Source: Chiloscyllium plagiosum (taxonomy: Eukaryota). Taken from it: 64,000 bases of DNA. Positions 26,300 through 37,948 of the stretch are shown here, in pieces. The stretch is taken from contig NC_057719.1 of assembly GCF_004010195.1 (NCBI RefSeq), positions 77,640,373-77,704,372 on the forward strand. Reading direction: 5' to 3'. Both the position numbers and the translations under genes were made by a program. Below the pieces are notes generated by a model. That model searched no databases and was not told the DNA's origin. It saw only the letters and a list, made by a program, of their open reading frames with translations. Position 1 is the stretch's first letter. Every line of letters begins with the position of its first letter.

Positions 26300-27490
26300 C
26301 CGGCCTTTCTGTCTCATTCACCATTGCCCTATGATCTTCTGATTCCACCTGTAACATCCAGTCCCATGTGACCATCATCACCCTTCCATCCTCATCAAGA
26401 GAGACATGTCAGTCCTCCATCTCTTCATTATGAGACATCCCTCTTTTTTTGAGTGAGGTTGTGGAGGGCACAGCACACCATGATGATGTTGGACATTCCT
26501 TCTGCAATACATTGCAGTGTTCTGCCTGAGCCACCTAAGCATCTGAATTTCATTTTCAGTTGGCTTATTTTCTGCTCAATGGTGGCTTTTGTGAAAGTAT
26601 GTGTGTCATTTCTCCTCAGCAGTAATCTGAATTCTTAAGTAGTGCCACGTCCAGGTCTCTGGGGTATCACTTGTCGTCCAACAGCCAGTCATGCAATTAA
26701 TACAATGCATTAAAGACTTGTGACATTTGTGAGCCTGCAATGTGGTAGGCATTGGGTTGTGCGCACACACCTCGAGGATTTGTCTGGTGTGATCGCACAT
26801 TAACTGCAAATTAATGTACTGGAAATGTTTCCTGTTGATCAAAACAGCTAAATGATCCTAGGGAGTTCTAATTGCAACATGTGTACAGGTTAGAGTGGGA
26901 ATCCTGTGATGACACTAAATCCCAATTCCCTGACTGGCAGGCTCTCTGGATCTCATTAGAACGTCATAAATTCATGGGATTTTTGGAATAGAGCATCTCT
27001 GACCTCCTGAATAAATTTGTGAGTTTCAGGCTGGAATATCCCACAGTGATGCCCTAAAATAAGCCACCTGAAAATAAAAGGTTAGAGGCTAAGGTGACCT
27101 TCAAGGCAATCAACATGACATTGCCTCCCAGTCCTAGCAGTCAAAAGCCTTTATTCAACAAGTGGCACATTTATGAAACCACCTGCTGGGACATCTCAGA
27201 GCACCTCATGCGTTAACCCTTAGTCAAATCCAGATAACTGTAGCTGTTTATTCCGTTTCAAGTCGATGATCACTGTTGTCTGGATTTTGTGTCTCTGGAG
27301 GCTGGTCAGCTATTTCTGACTGCTGTGGTCTTTGTTGCTGCTGTTCCTGTTCCCTTTGCTGCTGCCTTGGTTCTTTGCCACCAGTAATGTCTGCTTCAGT
27401 TGATCTGTAAATACAATGCATCAATTCATCTAGAGAACATATTCTTTGAAATCTTTCTTGTTTTAAGCTCAAGCTAAGCCCTGACATCTA
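26300..27490 (-). pseudogene. Harbinger/PIF DDE transposase (HARBI1-like), decayed
   Basis: My translation gives ALKVTLASNL, ETHKFIQEVRDALF, CTHVAIRTP, INRKHFQYINLQLMCDHTRQILEVCA, THTFTKATIEQKISQLKMKFRCLGGSGRTLQ and IIMVCCALHNL, with stops and frameshifts. The N-terminus is Gln-rich. Confidence 0.92.
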
Positions 27491-28691
27491 AGCTCCCTGG
27501 CCTCCTTCTCACCCCCATAACCACTTTGGTGAAGGCTATCTTATCAGGCTTTTCCAGCAATACATTTATGTGCATGGAGAAACTGCACATTTACTAGGGT
27601 AATGGAAAAATGTCAATTGGCTCGCTCTCATACAATACTGAGCTCCTGTGCTGCATCCTACATTACCATTGTGCTAGTCTTCCCTTGTCATCATAGACAG
27701 GCCACCCATTAGATGTCATGAGCATTGACCAGGGAAGCTGTCCCTGATTCGACCTCTTAAAGCTTGTAACTCTTACCCTTACCTTTTGTTTTCATCTACT
27801 TCACAAGATGCCAATCATCCCACAAGGGACCGTGACTCTAGATATTGTTGCAATATTACGAGAATATGACCCTTATTATGTTGTAGTGATGTTGGTTTTG
27901 GGCATTGGACTGTAGGAAGGAGAGCTCAGTTGAGCATGGTTCTCCATCTACTTTACTGATCACTCCTATGATGCCTCTAAATTATCTACAATTTCTCTGC
28001 ATTAAGCCTGCCCATCCAAAGATGGCCTCCTCGCACTTTGCATCTGGCTTTTTCTCCAAATCTTGTAATTGAAGATACTTTCTCAAAGGATGGCATGATT
28101 TTACTTTTCTTTTGAGTTGCAACATTTTTGCCCTCCCCCCCGACAGTCACCAAATTCTCCCTATTATCCTTCACCCACAGCATCTTGTCATTCCCTTACC
28201 CTTATTTCTTTCCCTGTTACTGCTGATGTCATCTTTGTAGATGTATATCCTTTTCTGGACAATGCCTCACCATTCCCTTGACATTGTCATAATCTTCCTC
28301 AGACTGTGCACCACCCTATTGTGCGACCCTCTCTCTTATGTATCCTTTACTCCACTCTTCTCACACTCCAACTTGGAGTGCTGACATCTGAATTCTATCA
28401 AAATCATTAGCTGTAATAATGTATTGCCAGAAGGACAAAGCAGTAACTACTTAATCTGAAGTCCTGAACATGAATCTTTCAGTTGGGGAGAAATTAATTC
28501 TGATGAAGTGGCCTTTTAATGCATGCAAATAATACAAATGGGCTCTTCAACTCTTGCTGTTGGGAAGATCGACTTGCCTAAATAGCTTGTAGAACTTAAT
28601 TACAAAGGTTCATCCAGCCATCAGGATACCGAATTTTTGTCTCCAGCCCAATTAAACTCCTGTGCCCATCTTTCTTCCTGTTCCAAAAGAA

Positions 28692-28707
28692 GCGCAAAAT
28701 TCTGCCC
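28692..28707 (-). repeat. Candidate right terminal inverted repeat of the Harbinger element
   Basis: GCGCAAAATTCTGCCC followed by ATT (reverse complement GGGCAGAATTTTGCGC), a GGG-starting Harbinger-like end. No left partner was found. Confidence 0.4.
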
Positions 28708-28737
28708 ATTATGTCTAACATGCATGACTTTAATTAA

Positions 28738-29047
28738 AATTTGGAGCTGCCCAGAGCTGGACTGAGGTGTACAAAGTCAAAAGTTAAACATCACTAGATT
28801 AAAGTCCAACAGGTTTATTTGGAAGCACTAGCTTTCGGATCAGTTGGTTGTGGAGTATAGATCATAAGATACAGAATTTATAGCAAAGGTTTACAGCGTG
28901 ATGTAACTGAAATTATATTCTGAAAAGGACCTGGATTGTTTGTTAAGTCTGTCATCTTTTAGAATGAACATGTTGGTTTCAGTTCTTTCATATGTAAATC
29001 GCAGAACTTTTTAAAAGTTACATTCTCAAATGAACTTGTGTGATTTT
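28738..29047 (-). mobile_element. Penelope terminus (second family) with TSD
   Basis: AGTCCAACAGGTTTATTTGGAAGCACTAGCTTTCGGA is shared with 42336-42535. TSD TGACTTTAATTAA at 28725-28737 and 29048-29060. Hammerhead stem II is deleted. Confidence 0.8.
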
Positions 29048-29699
29048 TGACTTTAATTAAGGAAATGTGATGTTGAAAAACCTAGTCAGGTATCTGTTGT
29101 CTATCATTCCTTTTTGTACATGCGTTATTTTTAATTTATACTGGAAAAGTACATGTTAAGTGGGAATGCATTTTATGTGTGAATGTTTTATGTCTGAGAA
29201 CTTATGATACTTGAACTTTACATTGGCCCATTTACTGACTCAGTTTAGCTTCCATAGAAGCATAAACAGGCATTTGTTATCTGCCTAACTACAACCATTT
29301 CTAAACAGCTACTCCACATCCTGACAGATGGGTATTACTGCTGGCTGTTTGTTATTCCCAGGTATAATATATGTATAACATGTTGATTTATAATTCTATA
29401 AACACATATCAGCCAGAAAATTTCCTGACAAATTAAGGGCAATTTATTTATCAATATATTTCAAGGCAATATATTTTATAATCCTTCTGTGTGAACACCA
29501 TGTATCAGTAACACACAGCACACTAGCAGATGGCAAACATATTAAACATTGCATAAAATTATCTAGTATTTGTTTCCTTGCTTGGTATGGAAGACTACAG
29601 ACAAGAAGGTTTCACTTGCTGGTCTAAGTTGAGTTAAACAATCTCAGTTGGGGTCATATATTTTGCCTCAGTCTTCCTGGGCTGGTGAGTGTTTTCATT

Positions 29700-29990
29700 G
29701 AGGAACATAGAAACAAGTAGGCCATTTAGTTCCTTGAACCTATTCTGCCAATTAGTAAGAGTTCCTTGAGCCTATTCTGCCAATCAGTAAGATAACTATT
29801 TTGCTCCCTAACTTCATATGCCTGCCTTGGCCCCTATACCACTCAATACTTTTAGTTAACAAAACATATCAATCTCAGATTTAAATTTAACAATTGATCT
29901 ATCATCATTTACCTTTTGCAGGAGAGAATTCAAATTTCTACCATCCTCTTTGTGTAGAAATGATTCCCATTTTCCTCCAGTGAGCCCCAG
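29700..29990 (-). mobile_element. CR1 3' end with internal 32-bp tandem duplication
   Basis: Similar to 22575-22830. GTTCCTTGA(A/G)CCTATTCTGCCAAT(T/C)AGTAAGA occurs at 29729-29760 and 29761-29792. Confidence 0.75.
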
Positions 29991-29999
29991 TTCTAGCTT

Positions 30000-30590
30000 T
30001 AAAGCTGCAGACAAGGAAGTATTCAATGGATGACATGACTCTGAGAAATTCTGTGGAACAAAGCAATATTGAAGTGTTTGTACACAGCTTTCTGGAGGCG
30101 GAAGAGCATGTTAGTATTACGGTGAAAAAGGTCAGACTCTTGCTTTTATCAATTGAGGCATAGATTACAAATTAAGTTCTATAGAACTTCAGTGAGACAT
30201 TGCTAGAGTATTATGTGCAGCTCTGGTCACCACAATACAGGGTGTGATTGCCCTGGAAGGGGACAGAGGAGATTCACCAGGATGCTGCCTGGGTTGGAAT
30301 TTAAGTTAAGAGCAAAGGTTGGATAGGCTTAATTTGTTTTTGGTGGTGCAGGGAAGACTGAAGAGTGATCTGATTGAGGTGTGTAAGATTATGAATGACA
30401 TGAAGAGAGTCGATAAAGATCAGCTGTTCCCTTTAGCTGAAGTCATAAAGGGACACAGGTTTGTAATGAGGGGCAGGAGGTTTGGGGTGTTTGTGAGGAA
30501 AACTCTTGTTTACCAGAACATGGTGATGGTCTGAAATGTATTGCCTGGAAACATGGTAGAGGCGAATAGCTTTGCATCCTTTAAAACTTT
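30000..30590 (+). mobile_element. Old CR1 fragment
   Basis: GRLKSDLIEVCKIM (ORF 30319-30534). Confidence 0.8.
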
Positions 30591-30848
30591 AATGAGTACT
30601 TATATTAATGATTTAAATGTGGATATAGGAGTTATGGTTAGTAAGTTTGCAGATGACACCAAAATTTGTATTGTAATGGATAGCAAAGATTATCTCGGAG
30701 TACAACAGGACCTTGATCAGATGGACAAATGAGCTGCGGTGACAGATGGAATTTAATTAAGATATATGTGAGGTGCTGCAGATCAGAGCAGGACTTATAT
30801 ATTTAATGGTAAGGTCATGGGGAGCTTTGCTGAACAAAGACCTTGGGG

Positions 30849-31124
30849 TTGAGAGTGGAGTGCTAGCAAAGCACAGCAGGTCAGGCAGCATCCAAGGTGC
30901 AGGAGAATCAATGTTTCGGGCAAGAGCCCATCATCAGGAATGAGACTTGTGAGCCAAAGGGGTCTCTAGCCCCTTGGCTCACAAGCCTCATTCCTGATGA
31001 AGCGGCCTTGCCCAAAATGTCAATTCTCCTACACCTTGGATGCTGCCTGACCTGCTGTGCTTTGCCACCAGCCTGCACTCGACTCTGATCTCCAGCATGT
31101 GCAGTCTTCACTTTCTCCTAGTTG
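30849..31124. mobile_element. Penelope-derived fold-back element with hammerhead motifs on both strands
   Basis: TSD AAAGACCTTGGGG at 30836-30848 and 31125-31137. Near-perfect central palindrome at 30938-30993. Hammerhead cores at 30906-30941 (-) and 30990-31025 (+). Confidence 0.9.
30906..30941 (-). ncRNA. Minimal type I hammerhead ribozyme motif (core intact)
   Basis: On -: ATTC CTGATGA T GGGC-TCTT-GCCC GAAA CA TT GATT. Confidence 0.6.
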
Positions 31125-31768
31125 AAAGACCTTGGGGCGCAGGTTCACAATTCCTTGAAAGTGGAGGCACAGGTAGACAGAGTGATAAAGAAGGCATTGG
31201 TATGCTTGCCTTTATTAATCATTGCATTGAGAACAGGAGTTGGCTGTACAGAATATTGGCTAGCCCACTGTTGGAATACTGTGTACAGTTCTGCTCTCCC
31301 TGCTATAGGAAAGATGTTGTGAAATTTCAAAGGGTTCAGAAAAGACTTACAACAATGTTGCGGGGTTGGAGGGTTTGACCTGTAGAGAAAGGCTGAATAG
31401 GCTGGGGCTATTTTCCCCTCAGAGGCTGAGGAGTGACCTTCTTGAGGTTCATAAAATCATGAGGGGTGTATATATGATGAACAGCCAAGGTCTTTTCCCA
31501 GGGTAGGGTGTCCAATAGTAGAGGGCATAGGTTTAAGGTGAGAGGGAAAAAAACTTTAAGGGACCTAAGCGGTAATTTTTTCATGCAAAGGGTCATGCCT
31601 GTGTGGAATAAGCTGCCAGAGGAGCTGTTGGCAGCTGGTACAATTACAACATTTAAAAGGCACCTGTATCGGTATATGAATAGGCAGGGTTTAGAGAAAT
31701 ATGTGCTGAATACTAACATATAGGAATAGATTAATTCAGGATATTTGACTGGCGAGTTGGGCAAAGAG

Positions 31769-33174
31769 GAGAAAGTATGTACTGCAGATCCTGGAGATTA
31801 AAGTCAAGATTAAAGTGGTGCTGGAAAAGCACCGCAGGTCAGGCAGCATCCGAGGAGCAGGAAAATCAATGTTTCGTTCAAAAGCCCTTCATCAGGAAGG
31901 AGGCTGGGAGCCTCGGGGGTGGAGAGATAAATGGGAGGGGGTGGGGCTGAGGGGAAAGTAGCTGAGAGTGCAATAGGTTGATGGAGTTGGAGGTGAAGGT
32001 GATAGGTCAGAGAGGAGGGTGGGACGGACAGGTGGGAAGGAAGATTAACAAATAGGACAGGTCATGAGAATGGTGCTGAGCTGGAAGGTTAGAACTGAGG
32101 TAAGATGGGGGGAGGGGAAATGAGGAAATTGGTGAAGTCCACATTGATGCCCTGGGGTTGAAGTGTTCCAAGGCGGAAGATGAGGTGTTCTTCCTCCAGG
32201 CGTTGGGTGATAAGGGAGTGGCGATGGAGGAGGTCCAGGACCAGCATGTCCTCAGCAGATTGGGAGGGAGAGTTGAAGAGTTTGGCCACAGAGCAGTGGA
32301 GTTGATTGGTGTGGGTGTCCCAGAGATCTTCAACCACGTGGAAGGAGAAATTGTGGTCTTTAAAGAAGGAGGCCATCTGGTGAGTTCTGTGGTGGAACTA
32401 GTCCTCCTGGGAGTAGATGCGGTGGAGGTAGAGGATTTGGGAATACGGGATGGCATTTTTGCAGGAGGCAGGGTGGGAGGAGGTATAATCCGGGTAGCTG
32501 TGGGTGTTGGTGAGTTTGTAGAAAATGTCAATGTTAAGTTGGTCACTGTTGATGGAGATAGAAAGGTCCAGGAAGGGGAGGGAGGTGTCAGAGATGGTCC
32601 AGGTGAATTTAAAGTCGGGGTGGGATGTGTTGGTGAAGTTGATGAACTGTTCAACCACCTTGTGGGTGCACGAGGTGGCGACGATACAGTCATCAATGAA
32701 GTGGAGAAAAGGTTGGGGAATGGTGCCGATGTAACTCCGAAAGATGGACTCTTCTACATAGCCAACAAAGAGACAGGGTAGCTGGGGCTCATGGCTACCC
32801 CTTTCGTCTGGAGGAAGTGGGAGGATTCAAAGGAGAAATTGTTGAGGTAGAGGACCAGTTCTGCCAAACGAATGAGAGTGTCAGTGGAAGAGTACTGGTG
32901 GGGACGTCAGGAGAGGAAGAAATGACGGGCTTGAATGCCCTGGTCATGGTGAATGGAGGTGTAGAGGGACTGGATGGCCATGGTGAATATGAGGCGTTGG
33001 AGGCCAGGGAAATGGAAGTCTTGGAGGAGGTGGAGGGCATGGGTGGTGTCCTGAAAATCTGTGGGGAGTTCCTGAATCTGGAGGGATAGGACAGTATCAA
33101 GGTAGGTGGAGTTGAATTCGGTGGGGGCAGGAGCAGGCTGAGACAATGGGTCGGTTAGGGTAGTCAGGCTTGTG
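31769..33174 (-). mobile_element. 5'-truncated Penelope-like element (RT C-half, GIY-YIG endonuclease C-end, terminal repeat)
   Basis: RT motifs FTMAIQSLYTSIHH, FTWTISDTSLPFLDL..DIFYK and HPASCKNAIPYSQ; endonuclease end RLEEEHLIFRLGTLQPQGIN. Perfect TSD GAGTTGGGCAAAGAG at 31754-31768 and 33175-33189. Hammerhead-like motif at 31865-31898. Confidence 0.95.
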
Positions 33175-33579
33175 GAGTTGGGCAAAGAGTCTGTTTCCAT
33201 TTTGTACAACTCTACGCTTCTCTGGCATGTCATAACATTCAAGTGTTTGGGTCAAGTGCTGGTAAATGTAATCCCATTTATATGGTTTCTCACATTTTGG
33301 TGCAGAATCAATGGGCTGAAGGGCTTCTTCTGCGCTGGATAATTCAATGATTCTAGATACTTCAGCCAGCAAGAAATATACTTTCTCATCAGACTATTAA
33401 TTCCCTGAAATGTCTTGCAAACTTAAATCAAATTCTGCCTTAGTCATCTCATTTTCCAGGGGATACAACCCAACAATGTTTAATATATCCAAGTGAACTA
33501 ATTCTTGAAGTGTAAGTCTATCATATGGATTCTTGGAAAGTGCATTTTTAAAGATGTTAGCTTTGGGTTTAGTAATGCC

Positions 33580-33940
33580 AGCCATAGTTGCACAGCTTAC
33601 CAGCTATGCAAGACAGCTACAAACTCAACTTGCACACAATTGTCAGATTATTTAATTCAGTTGATAATTTAGCCAGAAAAAAAATTGGTAAACCATTGAA
33701 TGATAATAAAACCACAAGATTTAATCACATCATCTGGGTAGACATTCAGTTCAACGTTAAATGAATATTACATTTAAAGAATACTATCTTTTGTTGTTGT
33801 TTTCACTTAACCAATGCCAGCAGGAACTTAACTGCATGCAATGGCTGCTGACTTTGACTACATAGTACTAGTATTTCAAAATAATTAATTGTGCTCGAAG
33901 TGCATGAGGATGTTTTGAGACATGGTATCACCACAAATCT
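33580..33940. mobile_element. Deu-domain SINE fragments upstream of the promoter
   Basis: TGCATGCAATGGCTGCTG..TTTCAAAATAATTAATTG..GGATGTTTTGAG (33830-33920, +) resembles 6430-6540; weaker minus-strand similarity at 33580-33760. Confidence 0.4.
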
Positions 33941-34939
33941 TTTAGTCTGACTCTGGCTATCTAGGGTACTTATATGACTACATGAACTGTACAGAGAATT
34001 AGTAGTGGTGATGTGGAAAACATACTAGTTGAAGTCACAGTCATTAGCATAGGGTCAACTGAGAGGCGAGAAGGTAATTAGATACAAAGTTCACCTTTAG
34101 AGCTCCAGTATTAAAGAAAGTCTCCAAGAGGAAAAAAAAACTCGGAGCATCATATCTGAAAGTTGCCCTGATTTCTTATATAAGAGGAGGAAGAGAAAAA
34201 AGGGAAGGTCCGTGATAGGATGAGTGGCTCATTAAGTGAGAAAAGGCTTCATTGTTTTCCTGCCCCCTCCTCCCCACCCCCTTCATTCGTTCATAAGCTA
34301 TTACATTTCTATACTGCCTTTGCCTGAAACTTTCATTCTCTTTTCTTTCACAGATGCTGCCTTGGCTCGCCCAGTATTTCCAGCGTTGGATTTTATTTCA
34401 GATTTCCCGTTTTCCGCTTTTGCCAAAAGTGCACTCTCGTGGTTCACCACAATATCTGACTTCGTTGATCGTATTTACATAAATAAAACAAAACAATTTT
34501 GCCCGATTACCATCGCCTCTCCCGACGTTTGTGAACTGATTTTCTATAAATGAAAAAATACAAATAATAAACATGCTTCCTCTCAAAGCGTCTCCAACCC
34601 GCTGTTTACAAAACACACACATGCAGATTGCTAGGTTTTCTGACTTGGTCCCCAAACTTGGCTGAGAAAGTGCCAAGAGTGAAGACTTTCCGTCCCTGGC
34701 CCAGTTAGCTTGAAATTCCCGAAGATCAACACATCCCAGTCTCCATCCCCTCTCCTGCACTTCAGTATCGCGACGTTTTGCCGCAGTGACCTCAGACGTT
34801 TGGAAGTGGATTGGACTGAACTTTTTTTTTCGACAACTTCCAACTGCATTCGGGGGCTGGGGCAGCGGTGGTTTGAGGGAAGCTGTACACGCATCCACTT
34901 GAACGGCAGACCACCCCCCCCAAAGAGCCTGGTGCTGCG

Positions 34940-35044
34940 TCTGATTGGGACACCAGCAACCTTAGCTCACCGCCTGGGAACTAAGACACCACCTTCAGTC
35001 GGGGATTACTTCACCGAGGGTGGGAAAATAAAAGCCGGGTAAGT
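34940..35044 (+). promoter_or_regulatory. Candidate upstream alternative promoter and short non-coding first exon
   Basis: Locally CpG-enriched non-repeat sequence (about 34400-35300), reverse CCAAT box CTGATTGG at 34941-34948, and strong donor CGG|GTAAGT (GT at 35039). Confidence 0.45.
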
Positions 35045-36589
35045 ACATTAATCTTTTAAATAATGAAAAGGGGAGAGAACACATGATGTGTGAAGGAACT
35101 GGAGCCGCAGCTTCCCCCACCCCACTCCCTTTTGTTGACTGCGCCGCCCTCGGCGGTGGCATCCGAGTCGCGCATAGAGTTTTACTTTCTCTACCATTCA
35201 CAGAGGACGTGGGTTGAGGATTTGGGAATGTGAGGGGAACCCGTCTGCTCACGGCTCTAAAACTTTGTGCTCAGCTTGAAGGGATTCTTCTCTCGGGCTG
35301 TGGGCTGTCAGAGCAAGTAGCAGATGGTCTGTATAGTTTTTTAAACCCATATCCATGATATGTGTTTTTTTTTAAAAAAAATGATTCAGCGGTCAGCCTT
35401 TGAATGGTCGGCGTTGTAACAGATCATAGTTGCGTGGTGAATGGCACCAGTTACAAATCGAATGGGGGGGGGATGGGTAAAATCAATTTAATCAGAACAT
35501 CAAGGGATTGAGTAGATGAACAGATGTCAGTCAGAAATGTGGAACTGAGGCCGCTGTACTGTACCAGGACTGGTTAGCTTTAAGAGGCTGGATAAATAAT
35601 TGTTGATGAAATTGCTAGTTGTGTAATCGAAACAAACAAAAGGTGCCGCTTAGCCAGTTTCTCTGCTATGGATTCTCTTGTTAGTTTCAGAAAATGTTTC
35701 AATTTGCACATTTCTTGTAAATACCTGTAAAATGATATTTAAAGCCTTCTGTCTCTGGGGTACAGCTCTAATCTGATTTCCACCTTGAATGGAAACGTCG
35801 GGAGCTCTCCACTGGCTTTTAAATAATGTAATTTAAGCTTCCCCCCCCCTCCCCAAACACAGTTCACGTCCCTTTTTATTAGATGCAAATTGCATTTTGG
35901 GTTGCAACACATATTTCTGGTTAGGAGGAGGTCGTAGCTTTCTTCGGGTGTTCGTTCACCTGCCACTGGCCCACTGTGTTGCTGAGTTCCGATCTTGCAG
36001 TATGTTTAACTGTTTACTGTAGAGGCTGGATTACAAATGAGAACGCCAGGAACTGTACCACTTCAGTGCTGCAGGTTGGTGATCCAAAACAAAAAATTGT
36101 AGATCAGCGATGGAGGTGTTGGCAAACCTCATAGGAATGACTGGCCAAGGTGGGGGGGGGGGAGGAGTGTGTTACATTTTCTTCTCTCCTTTCCGAATAA
36201 TCAGTCACCCTTCCTAATAATGCGCGATTCCCAGGGTTATCAAGATCAGAAACCGACCTATGAAATAAAATATATAAATGGGGGTTTACTTTCATTTTTT
36301 CAAGCACATAGTTTCCTTGAGCCGTTGCATTCTCGTTACTTCCTATTGTCAGCAATAAAAGGATTGAATGAAAATCGGTGAAGGAAGCAGGAGGGCTGGG
36401 GGTGGCTGGTGGATGAGAGCAATAGCCTCGATTTATTTGTCATTTGCAAAGTTCATTGATGTGGTCACAATAGTTGGGGTGGGGGGTGGTGAGAGCAAAA
36501 GTATGCATGGGCGAGGAGGGTTGAAATAATTTAAAAAATGCTACATTTAAACATTTCCTGTTCAAAGATATTTTTTTCAAAAATGAAGA

Positions 36590-37130
36590 GAATCGGACGG
36601 CACCTTGGATTTCAGGTGCTGGGTTTGCAGGCAAAGATGCCTCATCTGGCTTGGCTTGACGCCCCCGCGGTTGCCCACCTGAAACCTTCGCACCTTGACC
36701 CGCCTTTCACCTGGAGGCTCCGTCCCTGTGTTTCCCCACCCCCCTCTCTCCCCGCCCACCAACCCCACAGGCCTCACTCCCATTGGCCGACCGCCGGCCC
36801 CGCCTTTCCGCCGCCGCGGGCTGCGGTTGGCCAGCGCCGCGAGTCAATCCGAGACGGCGGTTTCCAGGCTCCCCCCCCCCCCCTTCGGCTCCCCTTTCCT
36901 CTCCTCCTCCTCCACCGCCACCACCACCAAACATCCTGGTCGTCAAGGAGAACGGGAGCGAGCCGGCGGCAGCGCGCGGGCTGCAGTTGCGGTGGGAGGA
37001 GAGCGCGAGCGCAGCGGTGCAACGGTCGCCAGGTAAGGGGAAGGGGGCAGTCCGAAAGGGGGATTCTGCGAGCAACCACTTCAACAGGATGGATGGCCCT
37101 TTGGCATATTAAAAGACGCGGCGCTGTGGA
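36590..37130 (+). promoter_or_regulatory. CpG-island promoter of an unidentified host gene
   Basis: Abrupt GC/CpG-rich island in an otherwise CpG-depleted window. GC boxes CCCCGCCC (36750-36757) and GGCCCCGCC (about 36796), and ATTGG at 36782-36786. Confidence 0.85.
36840..37032 (+). other. Non-coding first exon (start approximate)
   Basis: Lies downstream of the CCAAT and GC boxes, contains no ATG, and ends in donor CAG|GTAAGG (GT at 37033). A second possible donor CAG|GTGGGT follows 37257. Confidence 0.65.
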
Positions 37131-37854
37131 TTCCCTTTCCCTTCTCCAAATCTGGATTAAACATGACTGTAACAACCTACTCCTCTCTCTCTCTCTCCCC
37201 CGCCCCCATGCTCAATCTTACCACCTACTCAATGAAATGACTGTAAATTGGACACAGGTGGGTACGTAGAGACGGAGGGGAAAGAGGGTTGCATGCTGCA
37301 AAAGTTGTTAGGTATAGCTTTTGTTGTGTTCGCTATTGTTGGTAAACATGCACGGTAATGATGCGTTCTGGTGCTAAAGACTCATTATTGTTTCCGTACA
37401 GCGATTTCTCTCTCCTCTCCCCAACCGCCCCCCCACTATATATATATTTTTGGAAATTCTGCACCCGGATTCTGGTTCATTTCTTTCTTCCCTCCCTCAC
37501 CCACCCACTCACACTCTTCCTCCCCCCCCCCCATCCCCAAACAATAATAAAGGGGATGGCAGCATTTTAATTTTGTGATGTTCGAAAACTCGTTAGGTTT
37601 TAAATTATTTTGTGAGCTCAGAGGTGTTGCAATCTAGAGGAGGTGATGTTTGCTTGCTGAGTCAGTCGTCTTGTGTTTGATCACATTGTCGTTCTCAGAC
37701 ACTATTATCACTGAATTACGTTGTAGTTTCTCAGTATTCCAACTAAGTGATACTAAGGTATCACTTTATAAAGGGGAAGGTTACTTAAAAATCAATACAT
37801 TCTAAATCCTCTATATTCTATGGTTTTCATTTTGTGTCTCTTTGTGCTTTTAAT

Positions 37855-37948
37855 TAGATTAGATTACATTAGATTACATTACAGTGTGGAAACAGGCCCT
37901 TTGGCCCAACAAGTCCACACCGACCCGCCGAAGCACAACCCACCCACA
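37855..37948 (-). mobile_element. HE1 SINE 3' fragment
   Basis: Nearly identical to 22160-22240. Confidence 0.9.

Larger units (their letters stand above)
30591..33225 (+). mobile_element. CR1 LINE carrying two nested Penelope insertions
   Basis: YINDL..SKFADDTK at about 30600-30665, then collinear CR1 to 31768. The CR1 tail resumes after the PLE at 33190 (TCTGTTTCCATTTTGTACAACTCTA). Confidence 0.9.

Noticed and set aside
26300..27490. Domesticated HARBI1 gene
   Set aside because: Stops, frameshifts and apparent loss of the first catalytic Asp region indicate a dead transposon copy.
32007..32781. 229-aa and 207-aa ORFs
   Set aside because: Off-frame and antisense shadows of the Penelope ORF, not separate genes.
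36538..37269. Long overlapping ORFs (243 aa and others) in the CpG island
   Set aside because: Low-complexity Pro/Arg/Gly translations typical of stop-poor GC-rich DNA, with no recognisable domain; the + strand ORFs run through a strong splice donor.
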